NCBI GenBank assembly: GCA_964248365.1
Contig: CAXTYC010000031.1
Coordinates: 1 to 60,421 of the forward strand
DNA length: 60,421 nt
From: an uncultured Chroococcidiopsis sp.
GTDB lineage: Bacteria; Cyanobacteriota; Cyanobacteriia; Cyanobacteriales; Chroococcidiopsidaceae
Reading direction: 5' to 3'
The notes below the pieces were generated by a model. That model was not told the DNA's origin. It saw only the letters and a list, made by a program, of their open reading frames with translations, and made no database searches. The translations under genes were made by a program, and so were the position numbers. Below, piece by piece: positions 10,080-19,010 of the stretch. Position 1 is the stretch's first letter. Each line of letters opens with the position of its first letter.

Positions 10080-10183
10080 ACTCCCTTCCCGCTGTAAAAT
10101 TATCTAGCTTTATCTTTTCTCTGTGTTCTTTGCGCCCTCTGCGGTTCGTAAAAACTTATGTATTCTTTGTGCGGGAAACGAGT
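10080..10183. repeat. MITE-like repeat
   Basis: Imperfect inverted ends ACTCCCTTCCCGC / GCGGGAAACGAGT. Confidence 0.45.
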
Positions 10184-10206
10184 AATTGATTGGTCATAGT
10201 AGCTAG

Positions 10207-11268
10207 CTAAGGAACCAAAATTCGTCCGGTGTAACCTGCACGATCGTATTGTTCAAGTACACTCGTTGCGATCGCCTTTCCCTGATCCGATGTAACTAAA
10301 GCTACACAGGCTCCGCCAAAACCGCCACCTGTCAGACGTGCGCCGAATACTTCGCTCGTTGCCTGCAATATTGCTACGAGGGTATCTACTGCTGGTACTG
10401 AAACTTCATAATCGTCGCGCTGGCTTTTGTGAGAAGCATTCATCAATTCGCCAAAGCGTTGAGCTGACACGCCCTGTACAGCTTCAAGCACTCGGTTGTT
10501 CTCGGTGATGACATGACGAGCGCGCCGCCGAAATGGTTCGGGTAATGACTCGGCGACTTGCGGATCTGTGATGTCTCTGAGCGCTTTGACTCCCAAGCGC
10601 CGCGCCGCCTCCTCGCACTCAGCCCGACGCTGGTTATATCCGCTACCTGCTGCCAATTCGTGACGGACACCACTATCAATTACCAAGATTTCTGCACTCG
10701 TTGGAAAAGGTACGACTCGGCGCTCAAGAGTGCGGGTATCCAAAAATAACATCGAGTCAGTGCTAGCCAGACTTGATGCCATTTGATCCATGATGCCACA
10801 ATTTAAGCCAGCATATTGAATTTCCGCTTGTTGTCCAATTTGGGCGATTTGAACGTCATCGACAGGAAGATTCAAAAGCGATCGCACTGCTTTGAGTGTC
10901 GCAACTTCCAAAGCTGCACTGCTAGATAAGCCTACACCTATCGGTACTGAAGATTTAACGTATAAATTCAGCGGCGGTATTGTGTATCCTTCTTTTTCCA
11001 AAAGTTGAATACACCCAAACATATAACTTGCAAATCCAGACGGCGTGGAATCGCTTTGCGTAATGCTTACTTGCTCGTTCAAATTTTCCGAGTAAAAATG
11101 GCTCAGGCGATCGCTACTATAACCTAGCTGTACTGTCGTGTGTTGCGGTATCGCAGTAGGAAGCACAAAGCCATCGTTGTAATCAGTATGTTCGCCAAGT
11201 AAGTTTACCCTTCCTGGCGCACTAGCTTCGATTTCCGGTGGTTTACCAAATATCTGTTTAAAATCCAT
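10207..11268 (-). CDS. galK: Galactokinase
   Basis: APGRVNLLGEHTDYN, GLSSSAALE, CGIMDQ, GARLTGGGFGG. Confidence 0.95.
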   Translation of the reverse strand: MDFKQIFGKPPEIEASAPGRVNLLGEHTDYNDGFVLPTAIPQHTTVQLGYSSDRLSHFYSENLNEQVSITQSDSTPSGFASYMFGCIQLLEKEGYTIPPLNLYVKSSVPIGVGLSSSAALEVATLKAVRSLLNLPVDDVQIAQIGQQAEIQYAGLNCGIMDQMASSLASTDSMLFLDTRTLERRVVPFPTSAEILVIDSGVRHELAAGSGYNQRRAECEEAARRLGVKALRDITDPQVAESLPEPFRRRARHVITENNRVLEAVQGVSAQRFGELMNASHKSQRDDYEVSVPAVDTLVAILQATSEVFGARLTGGGFGGACVALVTSDQGKAIATSVLEQYDRAGYTGRILVP

Positions 11269-11272
11269 AATT

Positions 11273-12367
11273 TTAAATGCACAAAGGAATAGGGCGGATT
11301 CTTCCTTCTACCTCTTGGCTGGGAAAATTTGCATCGAAAGTCAGATTTTCCAATCCATCATTGCGAATGACAAAAGTATCTTCAATCTTTGCCCCAGCTA
11401 AACTTGGATTCCAAGCTACAGCCATGTTTTCTACAAGAGTATCAGTAGTCGAGGGATTTGCGACAATTTCCCGCGCCAGATATCCCGTAGTTCCTCCCTG
11501 GTGATGTTCGCGGATTGCATTGGGAAATCCGTGCTGTTCATACGCCTGAGCCAAAACATGATAAACTTCGTCCAGACCTGTTCCAGATTGGCACGAATTC
11601 AAAGCTTTTGCCTCTATTTCACGCACATGACGGTGTAATTCGGCGCTTTGCGCCCCTAGTGAACCAAAACAGACAAATCGGGTAAGATTCGCAAACAAAC
11701 CATATCCCCTAGCGCAAAATACCAGCATCGCTTGCTTTCCCAAAGGCTCACTGCTGGCGGTAGCATGACGGTAAAGCGGTAAACGCCTCTCGCCAGCCAC
11801 CAACGTCAGTGCTGGGTGCAACCCCTTTGCCCACAATGCTTCTGCACCTGCACCCGCTAACTGATATTCTGTCCAAGTTGGCTTGGCTGCTTTTAGTACT
11901 TCTGTCATCGCTTCGCTTGCGTTTCGCCCTACCTGGCGATATCGCTCAAGCTCACTTGACATCATTACTCTTTTATGCTGCTGTAGAGAGGCAGGCAATC
12001 GCTTTTCTAGATGAGGGATAGGGCGATCGCTCAACACCTTCCCATCATTGGTAGCCTCGCGCACAAAAGACTCGCGCACCGCCGCATCCGCCCAAGGGTT
12101 GATATGCATCTGAAAATTCGCTGGCAGTTCTTCATCCTGTAGGCGCTGCGCTTCAATTTCATCTGTCAATACCCAAGCATCCTGGGCAGTTACCAACACT
12201 TCGGCGACCCCAGTTTCAGCGGTAAGCAGGACGGTGTTAGAAGCGCCAGCCGTCGCCCATGCGAACCAATCTGTACCACGTAGACGCAAACCCTGCGCCT
12301 GTGTTTCCTCTAGGGTTTTCCTAATTAGCTCTAGCTTGGTAGAGACTTCTTGGCTGAATTGATTCAT
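11273..12367 (-). CDS. M24 (pita-bread) fold peptidase/amidohydrolase-like protein
   Basis: NLTR, HHQGG.TGY, AWNPS..GAKIEDT. Confidence 0.8.
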   Translation of the reverse strand: MNQFSQEVSTKLELIRKTLEETQAQGLRLRGTDWFAWATAGASNTVLLTAETGVAEVLVTAQDAWVLTDEIEAQRLQDEELPANFQMHINPWADAAVRESFVREATNDGKVLSDRPIPHLEKRLPASLQQHKRVMMSSELERYRQVGRNASEAMTEVLKAAKPTWTEYQLAGAGAEALWAKGLHPALTLVAGERRLPLYRHATASSEPLGKQAMLVFCARGYGLFANLTRFVCFGSLGAQSAELHRHVREIEAKALNSCQSGTGLDEVYHVLAQAYEQHGFPNAIREHHQGGTTGYLAREIVANPSTTDTLVENMAVAWNPSLAGAKIEDTFVIRNDGLENLTFDANFPSQEVEGRIRPIPLCI

Positions 12368-12402
12368 AGCATTTATTGATTGCTGCTACATTTACACAAA
12401 CC

Positions 12403-13503
12403 TCATAACGGCACGGGCGTTTCGATGTTTACGACTACTGCTTGTAACTCCTTAGCCTTCTCTTCTGGTAAAGCATCATTAGCAAACATCCCCGCTGCAA
12501 GTTCCGTCCCAGCCAAATATTTAAGCCGATTATTGGTACGATAGGGGGGATAAAACTGAGCGTGTAAATGCGCTTCGGGATGTTCCTCACCGTCAGTCGG
12601 TGCTTGAAACCAAGCCATCAAATAAGGAAACGGACGATTCCACAAACCATCATACTTGAGCGTGACAGTTTTTAAAGCTTTGGCAAGTGCAAGGCGTTGC
12701 TCTGGGCTAAGTTCGTTGAAAGTAGCCACAGGCTCAATTGGAGCAAGCCAAACTTCGTAGGGGTAACGAGCGCAGACTGGAACGAATGCGATCGCATACT
12801 CATCCTGATAAATAATCCGCGCATTGTCGGCAATTTCCTTTTGAATCAAATCTGCCAACAAACCCCGTTGATGTTCCTGGTAAAACGCCTGCTGCATCTC
12901 CAACATCCGTGCGGGAACTGGCGGGATAAAAGGATAGGCATATATTTGCCCATGAGGATGGTGCAAAGTAACGCCCACCTCTACGCCCTTGTTTTCAAAC
13001 GGTAGCACGTATTGAATTTCCCCATTTGCTCCCAAGACGCGGGTGCGATCGCCCCAGACTTGCAACAGCAAATCTAGGTGATCTAATTCTAGGGAACCAA
13101 GGGAAGCTTGTGGATCTTGAGTAAACACTACCACCTCACACGCTCCCTTGGCAGGCAAAGTATCAACGATGCTAGCAGGGGGAGAGTGTGCAGCCAGCGT
13201 CATCGAAGGAAAGCGGTTATCGAATACCGCTATGTCATACTTTCCTGAAGGAACTTCAGTCGGAAACTGCGGATCTCGCGTTGGTGCGAGGGGGTTATAC
13301 TCTGGGGGCGGCATAAAAGTCCGCCCTTGACGGTGACTTGCGTAGGCTACCCATTCGCCGCGCAATGGATGCCAGCGCAAGTGAGGATTTGCTTGCACTG
13401 GCTCATTGCTGGGGCTAGGAGCTGTAATATCTGAGGCAATTGGATATCGGCTGTATAACGTCAGCCTGCGACCATCTGGCTTTAGCAACTTGTGGGAGTA
13501 CAT
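12403..13503 (-). CDS. galT: Galactose-1-phosphate uridylyltransferase
   Basis: RWHPLRGEWV, FENKG, HPHGQ catalytic motif. Confidence 0.93.
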   Translation of the reverse strand: MYSHKLLKPDGRRLTLYSRYPIASDITAPSPSNEPVQANPHLRWHPLRGEWVAYASHRQGRTFMPPPEYNPLAPTRDPQFPTEVPSGKYDIAVFDNRFPSMTLAAHSPPASIVDTLPAKGACEVVVFTQDPQASLGSLELDHLDLLLQVWGDRTRVLGANGEIQYVLPFENKGVEVGVTLHHPHGQIYAYPFIPPVPARMLEMQQAFYQEHQRGLLADLIQKEIADNARIIYQDEYAIAFVPVCARYPYEVWLAPIEPVATFNELSPEQRLALAKALKTVTLKYDGLWNRPFPYLMAWFQAPTDGEEHPEAHLHAQFYPPYRTNNRLKYLAGTELAAGMFANDALPEEKAKELQAVVVNIETPVPL

Positions 13504-15335
13504 AGACCTCCTGAAAGGGTTGCAGATCTGATCGCCTCGATGGGAAACTTTGGTGTGCGATCGGCGTACAACAGACCATTAGCTTCTTGAAAGGTATCTG
13601 TGAACTGCGTGTAACAAAATCCGCTAAACATCTCAATATTATTGATCGTTTGCAGCAGGGAGGTGTATTTAATTTGTAGCTCCGAGATATTAAAGCAGCG
13701 CTCATATCCCCAAACTTTATCGGCATCGGGCTTGTCTTCGGGGGCATAGGCGATGCCGCCAAACTCAGTTAGCATCACAGGTTGTCCCTGGTGAGGATAG
13801 CCGTCAAGTGTCAGGATGCGCCCCCCTGGACGCTTACGATCAAATAGATCCGATAGCTGAACTTCAGGTCCATAGCGATGAGCCAATACCAAGGGCTTGG
13901 TTTCATAGTCATGGATAGCGAGAATGTCAGTATCGGTACTTTCCCAGCCATCGTTGCCAATCACTGGGCGACTCGGATCGAATGTTTTGGTCAAGTGGTA
14001 CATTGCCAATACATAGTTTCGGTGAGCCGCTGTTTCAACCAAATTCGGAACTCCCCAGGATTCGTTGAACGGAACCCAAGCTACAATACACGGGTGGCTA
14101 ATATCCCGATCAATTACCTCAGTCCACTCTTTGGTCATGCGCTCCACTGCTTTGGGCGTGAAGCGATAGGCACTGGGCATTTCTTCCCATACTAACAGTC
14201 CTAGCACATCCGCCCAATATAAAAAGCGGGGGTCTTCAATTTTTTGGTGCTTGCGTACTCCATTGAAGCCCATTGCTTTGGCGAGTTCTACATCTTGTCG
14301 CAGCGCGTCATCTGAGGGTGCAGTCATTAGCGTATCGAGCCAGTAGCCTTGATCGAGAACCAGCCGTAAATAGTAAGGACGACCGTTGAGCATAAAGCGA
14401 TCGCGCTGTATACTTACCGTCCGCATTGCGGTGTAGGATTTCACTTCATCTAGCAGTTTGCCTTCGTACCATAGCTGAATTTCGGCATTGATCAGCGTAG
14501 GCTTTTCAGGACTCCAAAGCAATTCGTTACGGTAGTCGTCGATGCCTGGATCAGATAGTGCAATCCGGCGGTGAATTTCCCCCTTGAAAACTTCATAGGT
14601 ATCCTTTGCCAGAACGGTATCGCCAACTGACAATTTTACCTTTATTTGTAACCCATCTTGCTGCTCACCCGCGATCGCAGCGTAAAACTCAATTTCCCAG
14701 CGCTCGAACTGTGGCATCCAGCGGATGCGATCAATATAAGTCGCACTCACACGCTCAATCCAAACTGTTTGCCAAATGCCGCTTGTGCGAGGATACCAAA
14801 TACTGTGCGGTTTTAGCTGCCAATCCTGCTTGCCGCGTGGTTTGGCGAGGTCGTGAGGATCGTCGTGCGCCCACACAGTCACCTTGGTGATGCCGCTGTC
14901 ATTCAAGACAGGAGTAATATCGATTGTGAAAGGCGTATGTCCGCCTTCATGGTCAGCCATGAATTGACCGTTAACCCAAACACGAGCGCGGTAGTCCACC
15001 GCCCCAAAGTGTAGCAACAATCTCCCCTCACCAGTCGGCGTTTCAAATTCGCGCTCATACCAGCAGTTCGGGTGAAATCCTTGATCGTTAATACCACTTT
15101 TGGTAGATTCGGGAGCAAATGGAACTTGTATATGATTTTGCCAATTCGTAATGTTGTCTGGGTGAATGCATCGCCCTTTGTCGTCATAGGCGAACTTCCA
15201 CAAACCGTTTAGGCTTTGCCAGTGTTGGCGCTGTAACTGTGGACGTGGATATTCCATTTCTCCTACGTGAGATGTACGACTGTCAATATGACAGCACAAT
15301 TGGGTTTGGCAATTTTCTAATTCTAATAATTTCAT
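13482..15335 (-). CDS. Glycoside hydrolase family 2 (beta-galactosidase/beta-galactofuranosidase-like)
   Basis: YPRPQL, HFGAVDY, LDQGYW, RKHQKIE, WVPFNESWG, TEFGG. Confidence 0.92.
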   Translation of the reverse strand: MKLLELENCQTQLCCHIDSRTSHVGEMEYPRPQLQRQHWQSLNGLWKFAYDDKGRCIHPDNITNWQNHIQVPFAPESTKSGINDQGFHPNCWYEREFETPTGEGRLLLHFGAVDYRARVWVNGQFMADHEGGHTPFTIDITPVLNDSGITKVTVWAHDDPHDLAKPRGKQDWQLKPHSIWYPRTSGIWQTVWIERVSATYIDRIRWMPQFERWEIEFYAAIAGEQQDGLQIKVKLSVGDTVLAKDTYEVFKGEIHRRIALSDPGIDDYRNELLWSPEKPTLINAEIQLWYEGKLLDEVKSYTAMRTVSIQRDRFMLNGRPYYLRLVLDQGYWLDTLMTAPSDDALRQDVELAKAMGFNGVRKHQKIEDPRFLYWADVLGLLVWEEMPSAYRFTPKAVERMTKEWTEVIDRDISHPCIVAWVPFNESWGVPNLVETAAHRNYVLAMYHLTKTFDPSRPVIGNDGWESTDTDILAIHDYETKPLVLAHRYGPEVQLSDLFDRKRPGGRILTLDGYPHQGQPVMLTEFGGIAYAPEDKPDADKVWGYERCFNISELQIKYTSLLQTINNIEMFSGFCYTQFTDTFQEANGLLYADRTPKFPIEAIRSATLSGGLCTPTSC

Positions 15336-15620
15336 AAAAGCGATCCCCTAGTTACTATATTAAATCATTCCCCTTTTTGGCTGCGGTTTAACAACAAAGT
15401 AGCAAGACTTGGCTATTTCTAAACGAACAATATTTTTTCCCTAAGCTTAATTACTTACGTCAACCCACACTATCCTTTGGGCATCATCTCCCAAAGGATA
15501 GTCCAAATGGTAAAGGCTTCAAAATGAGTAATTATGCTTGGGAGAGATCGGTAATGTTGTAGATAAGTTGAAATATATTAGACTTGTTGCCTTATAAGGT
15601 TAAATTTTTCACCTGAAAAT

Positions 15621-15716
15621 GTCGCTCGTGTTGCCCCCACTAAGCCTTCGGCTATAGTGGTGGGAGGAATTCCGACCAATATACAAACCAAAAAGTGATA
15701 TATTGATTGCATGGAA
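15621..15716 (+). mobile_element. Probable IS200/IS605-family left end with promoter and first two codons (ATG GAA) of an interrupted gene
   Basis: GTCG...CGAC-closed hairpin 15621-15676 (CCCCCACTAAGCC-TTCG-GCTATAGTGGTGGG); TGATATATT -10-like motif; ATGGAA directly before the intron start. Confidence 0.5.
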
Positions 15717-16271
15717 GTGCGATTCGATGTCACACGTTTTGAGTAAGGTAATCCTTCAGTCCAGTGTTTAGGACTGTTCCCACCCGAAGGAGCGTTGCAA
15801 AGTAATTGCGAGGTTTCATAGTTAGAGGGTAATGCCTAACCATACTGCTAACCACAAGGCGGTAGGGGGCTAGGGAAAGGTTGGACGGGTTAACGCAAGT
15901 GAATCTTCGTTTAAGCTCCGACAAGTCAGACTGTTCTAAGTGGCTATAGAGGGCAGTTTTGGGCATTATTGAGCCTTCGACTTCGCTCAGGGTCAATCAT
16001 ATCTCACACGCGCGGAACGAACAAACCCCAATCGGGTCTATGAGTGAATGGTTTAATCACCTCTATATTAATTCATAGTAAGAATGCCGCGAGGCAAACA
16101 TAATTCCCCAGTGGGTAGAAGACCCTCCTAAAAAGCAAATGCTGCTAAATCGAAAGGTAACGGGAATAAATAACCGAGCAGATAGGGTAATACCTAAGCT
16201 GAAAGGCTGCTGACGTAGGAGGGGGTATCTGAGATATGAAAGGGCAGAAAGATGTAGAATGCTGGCGAAAA
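15717..16271 (+). ncRNA. 5' half (approx. domains I-III) of a group IIB (CL-class) intron; no RT ORF or domains V/VI
   Basis: Starts GTGCGATTCG; contains GCGCGGAACG..AAACCC, ATGCCGCGAGGCAAAC and TGAAAGGCTGCTGAC motifs typical of cyanobacterial group II introns; candidate EBS2/EBS1 pair with the 5' flank. Confidence 0.8.
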
Positions 16272-16448
16272 GATAGCACGATGGTCGTAGTAGGTTGCTT
16301 TGTGCAGCTCTACACCACTAGTCAATTTCTTTTCCCATCCAAGTTGACACACGGTATTAAACGACCAAGTATATTGCTCAATCGTTTGAGACAACGCTTG
16401 TGCCGTTTCAATGTCAGGTTGAAGTTGGATGCGAATAGTTCTTTGCAT
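16272..16448 (-). pseudogene. tnpB: Truncated tnpB (IS200/IS605 family), N-terminal 59 codons
   Basis: MQRTIRIQLQP...L.QT..QY..SFN.VC..GW......LHKATYY resembles TnpB N-termini; homology stops at the intron junction. Confidence 0.8.
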
Positions 16449-16551
16449 ACATACATTGTACCTTCATATATAGAGGGTATTATCTGTGTGTTGCAAAGAT
16501 TTGTAAAGCCGTCCTACCTGGCGCGGGGTTTCCAACCCAATTTCCTGATGA
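16449..16551 (-). mobile_element. IS200/IS605-family terminal sequence upstream of truncated tnpB (tnpA absent)
   Basis: AAGCCGTCCTACCTGGCGCGGGGTTTCCAACCCAATTTCCTGATG, a degenerate form of the cyanobacterial IS605-type subterminal hairpin. Confidence 0.6.
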
Positions 16552-16559
16552 ACTTCTAC

Positions 16560-17894
16560 TCATTTAGCGTTCTCCACTCTACTAGTATGCACTAGCAGCT
16601 TGCCGCCTTTTGTCAGCTTCAGTTTCTGACCGCGCCACTCGATCTGGTTGCCAACAAAACTATAGCACCACAAAGCAAAGCTAATCAAATCGCGTACAGG
16701 TACGAGCCATAGAAACTTTTTAGCAACTGAATCTTTGAGACTCCAGACTCCAACAACCCATCCCATGAGTAATCTTGCGCTCCAGGTTATGACTAGCCCA
16801 GCCCATCCTAAGACAGATCCCCCAGTAGCAATTAGAAGTAGTAAGCTGGTGACAGTACCGTATGTAAAAATAAGTCCTAAATATCCCCCAGGTTGGGAAA
16901 CCCTTGTACCCCGCGCCCAGCGTATTTGGCGTTTTATTGAATCAGTTATGCATCCTTTTGAAAGTGTGTGTTCAACTACATAGTCGGAAAGAACGACCTT
17001 GTACCCTGCTTTTGCCGCTAGGTTGCCAAGTAGGAAGTCATCTGCCAGATAATCGGCGATCGCTAAAAATCCTCCAATTGCTTCAAGTACAGCTTTTTGA
17101 ATTACAATAGTTGAACCGAGGGCGAACTTTATCCCCTGCATCTTTCTAGCTACTAAAACACCTGAGTGAAATTCAGTGGCAATCCCGACAGCTTCAAGGG
17201 TTGCTACCCATCCATTAGCCAATGAACGATAAAGACACGTAACAACGCCGACACTAGAATCGCGCATCGGCTGGATAACTCGGATCAAATAGTCTGGTTC
17301 GACGCGGATGTCGCTATCGGCGATTACCCACATCGAGTACTTGGCATGAACTTGAGCATTTGCTAAATTGCTAACTTTAGGATTAGTGCCAATTGTGCGA
17401 TCGCTCACTAGAAGTTGAATATCAATATTGGGGAAGTTGTAGATAATTTTTTGCACTACTTCCACCGCAGAGTCTTGCGGATCTCGGATGCTGAAGATAA
17501 TTTGGTACTTTGGGTAATTTTGTTGGCAAAATGAAGCGAGGTTTTGGTATGCATCGCTGTCCAAGCCACAAATCGGTTTCAAAATGGTAACAGGTGGATG
17601 GAAATCTGGATCGATGGGATTGAGATTACCAAACAAATCGATAGCCGCATATATGGCGTAGCAGTAAAACCATGTTGCTGATAAACAAAGCAGCAGTAGT
17701 ATTGAATCAACGAGGATTAACAACCAATCAGCGGCGCGCAAATTAGAAATGAAAACGTGTCCCATAATGATGCTTGTGCCTTTAACTAGATCATATTCCC
17801 AATTTTGCAACTTTTGATCTTTTGTAGCTGTTTGGGTTGTTTGCTCAGGTGCATAAAGTGTGATTCTAGTCAAGGAAGTTGGAATAAAAGCCAC
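16560..17894 (-). CDS. hpnI: HpnI-like GT2 glycosyltransferase (hopanoid/ceramide glucosyltransferase family); true start may be further downstream
   Basis: PPVTILKPICGLD, NPKVSNL, ADSDIRV, LADDFLLG, RQIRWAR. Confidence 0.8.
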   Translation of the reverse strand: MAFIPTSLTRITLYAPEQTTQTATKDQKLQNWEYDLVKGTSIIMGHVFISNLRAADWLLILVDSILLLLCLSATWFYCYAIYAAIDLFGNLNPIDPDFHPPVTILKPICGLDSDAYQNLASFCQQNYPKYQIIFSIRDPQDSAVEVVQKIIYNFPNIDIQLLVSDRTIGTNPKVSNLANAQVHAKYSMWVIADSDIRVEPDYLIRVIQPMRDSSVGVVTCLYRSLANGWVATLEAVGIATEFHSGVLVARKMQGIKFALGSTIVIQKAVLEAIGGFLAIADYLADDFLLGNLAAKAGYKVVLSDYVVEHTLSKGCITDSIKRQIRWARGTRVSQPGGYLGLIFTYGTVTSLLLLIATGGSVLGWAGLVITWSARLLMGWVVGVWSLKDSVAKKFLWLVPVRDLISFALWCYSFVGNQIEWRGQKLKLTKGGKLLVHTSRVENAK

Positions 17895-18289
17895 TACTTG
17901 AATGCTTTTCGTATGAACTTTTATATTGTGAAATCTATTTATTGGCTACAGCAATTACACTTGAGGTAAAGTTTGGAAAATTTATGATAAAATAGTTGTT
18001 TAAATGTTATTAAATTATTGCGGCTTTAAGTTTTTTATAATAGTTGTGGCATCAGCTTATGGGTTGGTAAAAACAGAATACCTCCACACAATAAAGAAGC
18101 TATTTCATATCTTTAACAGAATAGTTATATTGTTTCTTTAGCTAATGCAGGTAAAGATCTCTTCTTGAGCAATAACCCTTTTGGAGCAGTAATAAAAATT
18201 GATGAATACGCACCACAGATTAATTCCAATAATATAGCCAGGGATAACATTTGCCCTGTTGGACACCAAAATAGTATAAACAAACGTTT

Positions 18290-18480
18290 TGGCTTGGTAA
18301 GATGCCGTGCAAGTACTAAAACATCGTTATATTAATCGTAAATACAATAAATTTGAGGAGAGTAAACCCACGAATAAGTTCGTAAATTTCTGGCGGAATA
18401 CCTATCCCGACAAGAAGTAAGACTAGCTGGTACGCCCAAGCTTTTTTTTACCACAATCCGACTGCTTCGATTGCGCTGTA
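18290..18480 (-). pseudogene. Fragment of DUF2127-like membrane protein with internal stops
   Basis: Manual translation AIEAVGLW*KKAWA..LVLLLVGIGIPPEIYELIRGFTLLKFIVFTINITMF*YL. Confidence 0.6.
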
Positions 18481-18661
18481 AGTTGACCTACCTCTAGGGT
18501 ATACGAATGAAAATCTTGAGCCAGTCCTACACGCAATTGCCTTGGCACCCGTGTCAGCACTAAAATAAAATAATACCATAACACTACCATATGGTATTAA
18601 ATAGGTAGATCGGGTAACTTAGAACGGTTGCTCATATGCCCGTAGGTCTACATTTATGCAT

Positions 18662-18842
18662 GATTATCGCATCATGGGTGAAGCGTGTTGGAAACGTTTC
18701 AAAGGTGGTAAAGATGGTACTTTTTGGTATGAGCGCTTTGGTGGAAGCATTGCGCCAGACAGGTTCAACTCCTTTAATTGAAGAACTAGAAAGGGTGGTT
18801 TCAGATTTAGAGCAATTGCTATCTTTTAAGGATGAAGGATAA
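18662..18842 (+). pseudogene. C-terminal fragment of an HD-domain (Mesh1/SpoT-hydrolase-like) protein, frameshifted
   Basis: DYRIMGEACWKRFKGGKDGTFWY in one frame continues as ALVEALRQTGSTPLIEELERVV in another. Confidence 0.65.
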
Positions 18843-19010
18843 AGGATGAAGTATGAAGTATAAGTGGCGAGTGGTAATTGGTAGGGGCGCTCTTTAAACG
18901 AGTTGTCTGAAGGTTCACAAGTATGTCTGATAAACCCGCCCGTACGGTAATTGGTGAAAATTGTCAATTGCAAGCCTATTACTCATTACCTATTACCTAT
19001 TACCCAAAAA

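Noticed and set aside
15621..16551. IStron-like functional element
   Set aside because: IStrons carry a complete group I intron at the element boundary; here the intron is group II, starts internally, is incomplete, and tnpB is truncated and antisense.
18880..18948. CCCGTACGGT as group II intron domain V
   Set aside because: Part of a GTAGGGGCG..CGCCCGTAC REP-type element; lacks the AGC/CGC triad and domain V stem.
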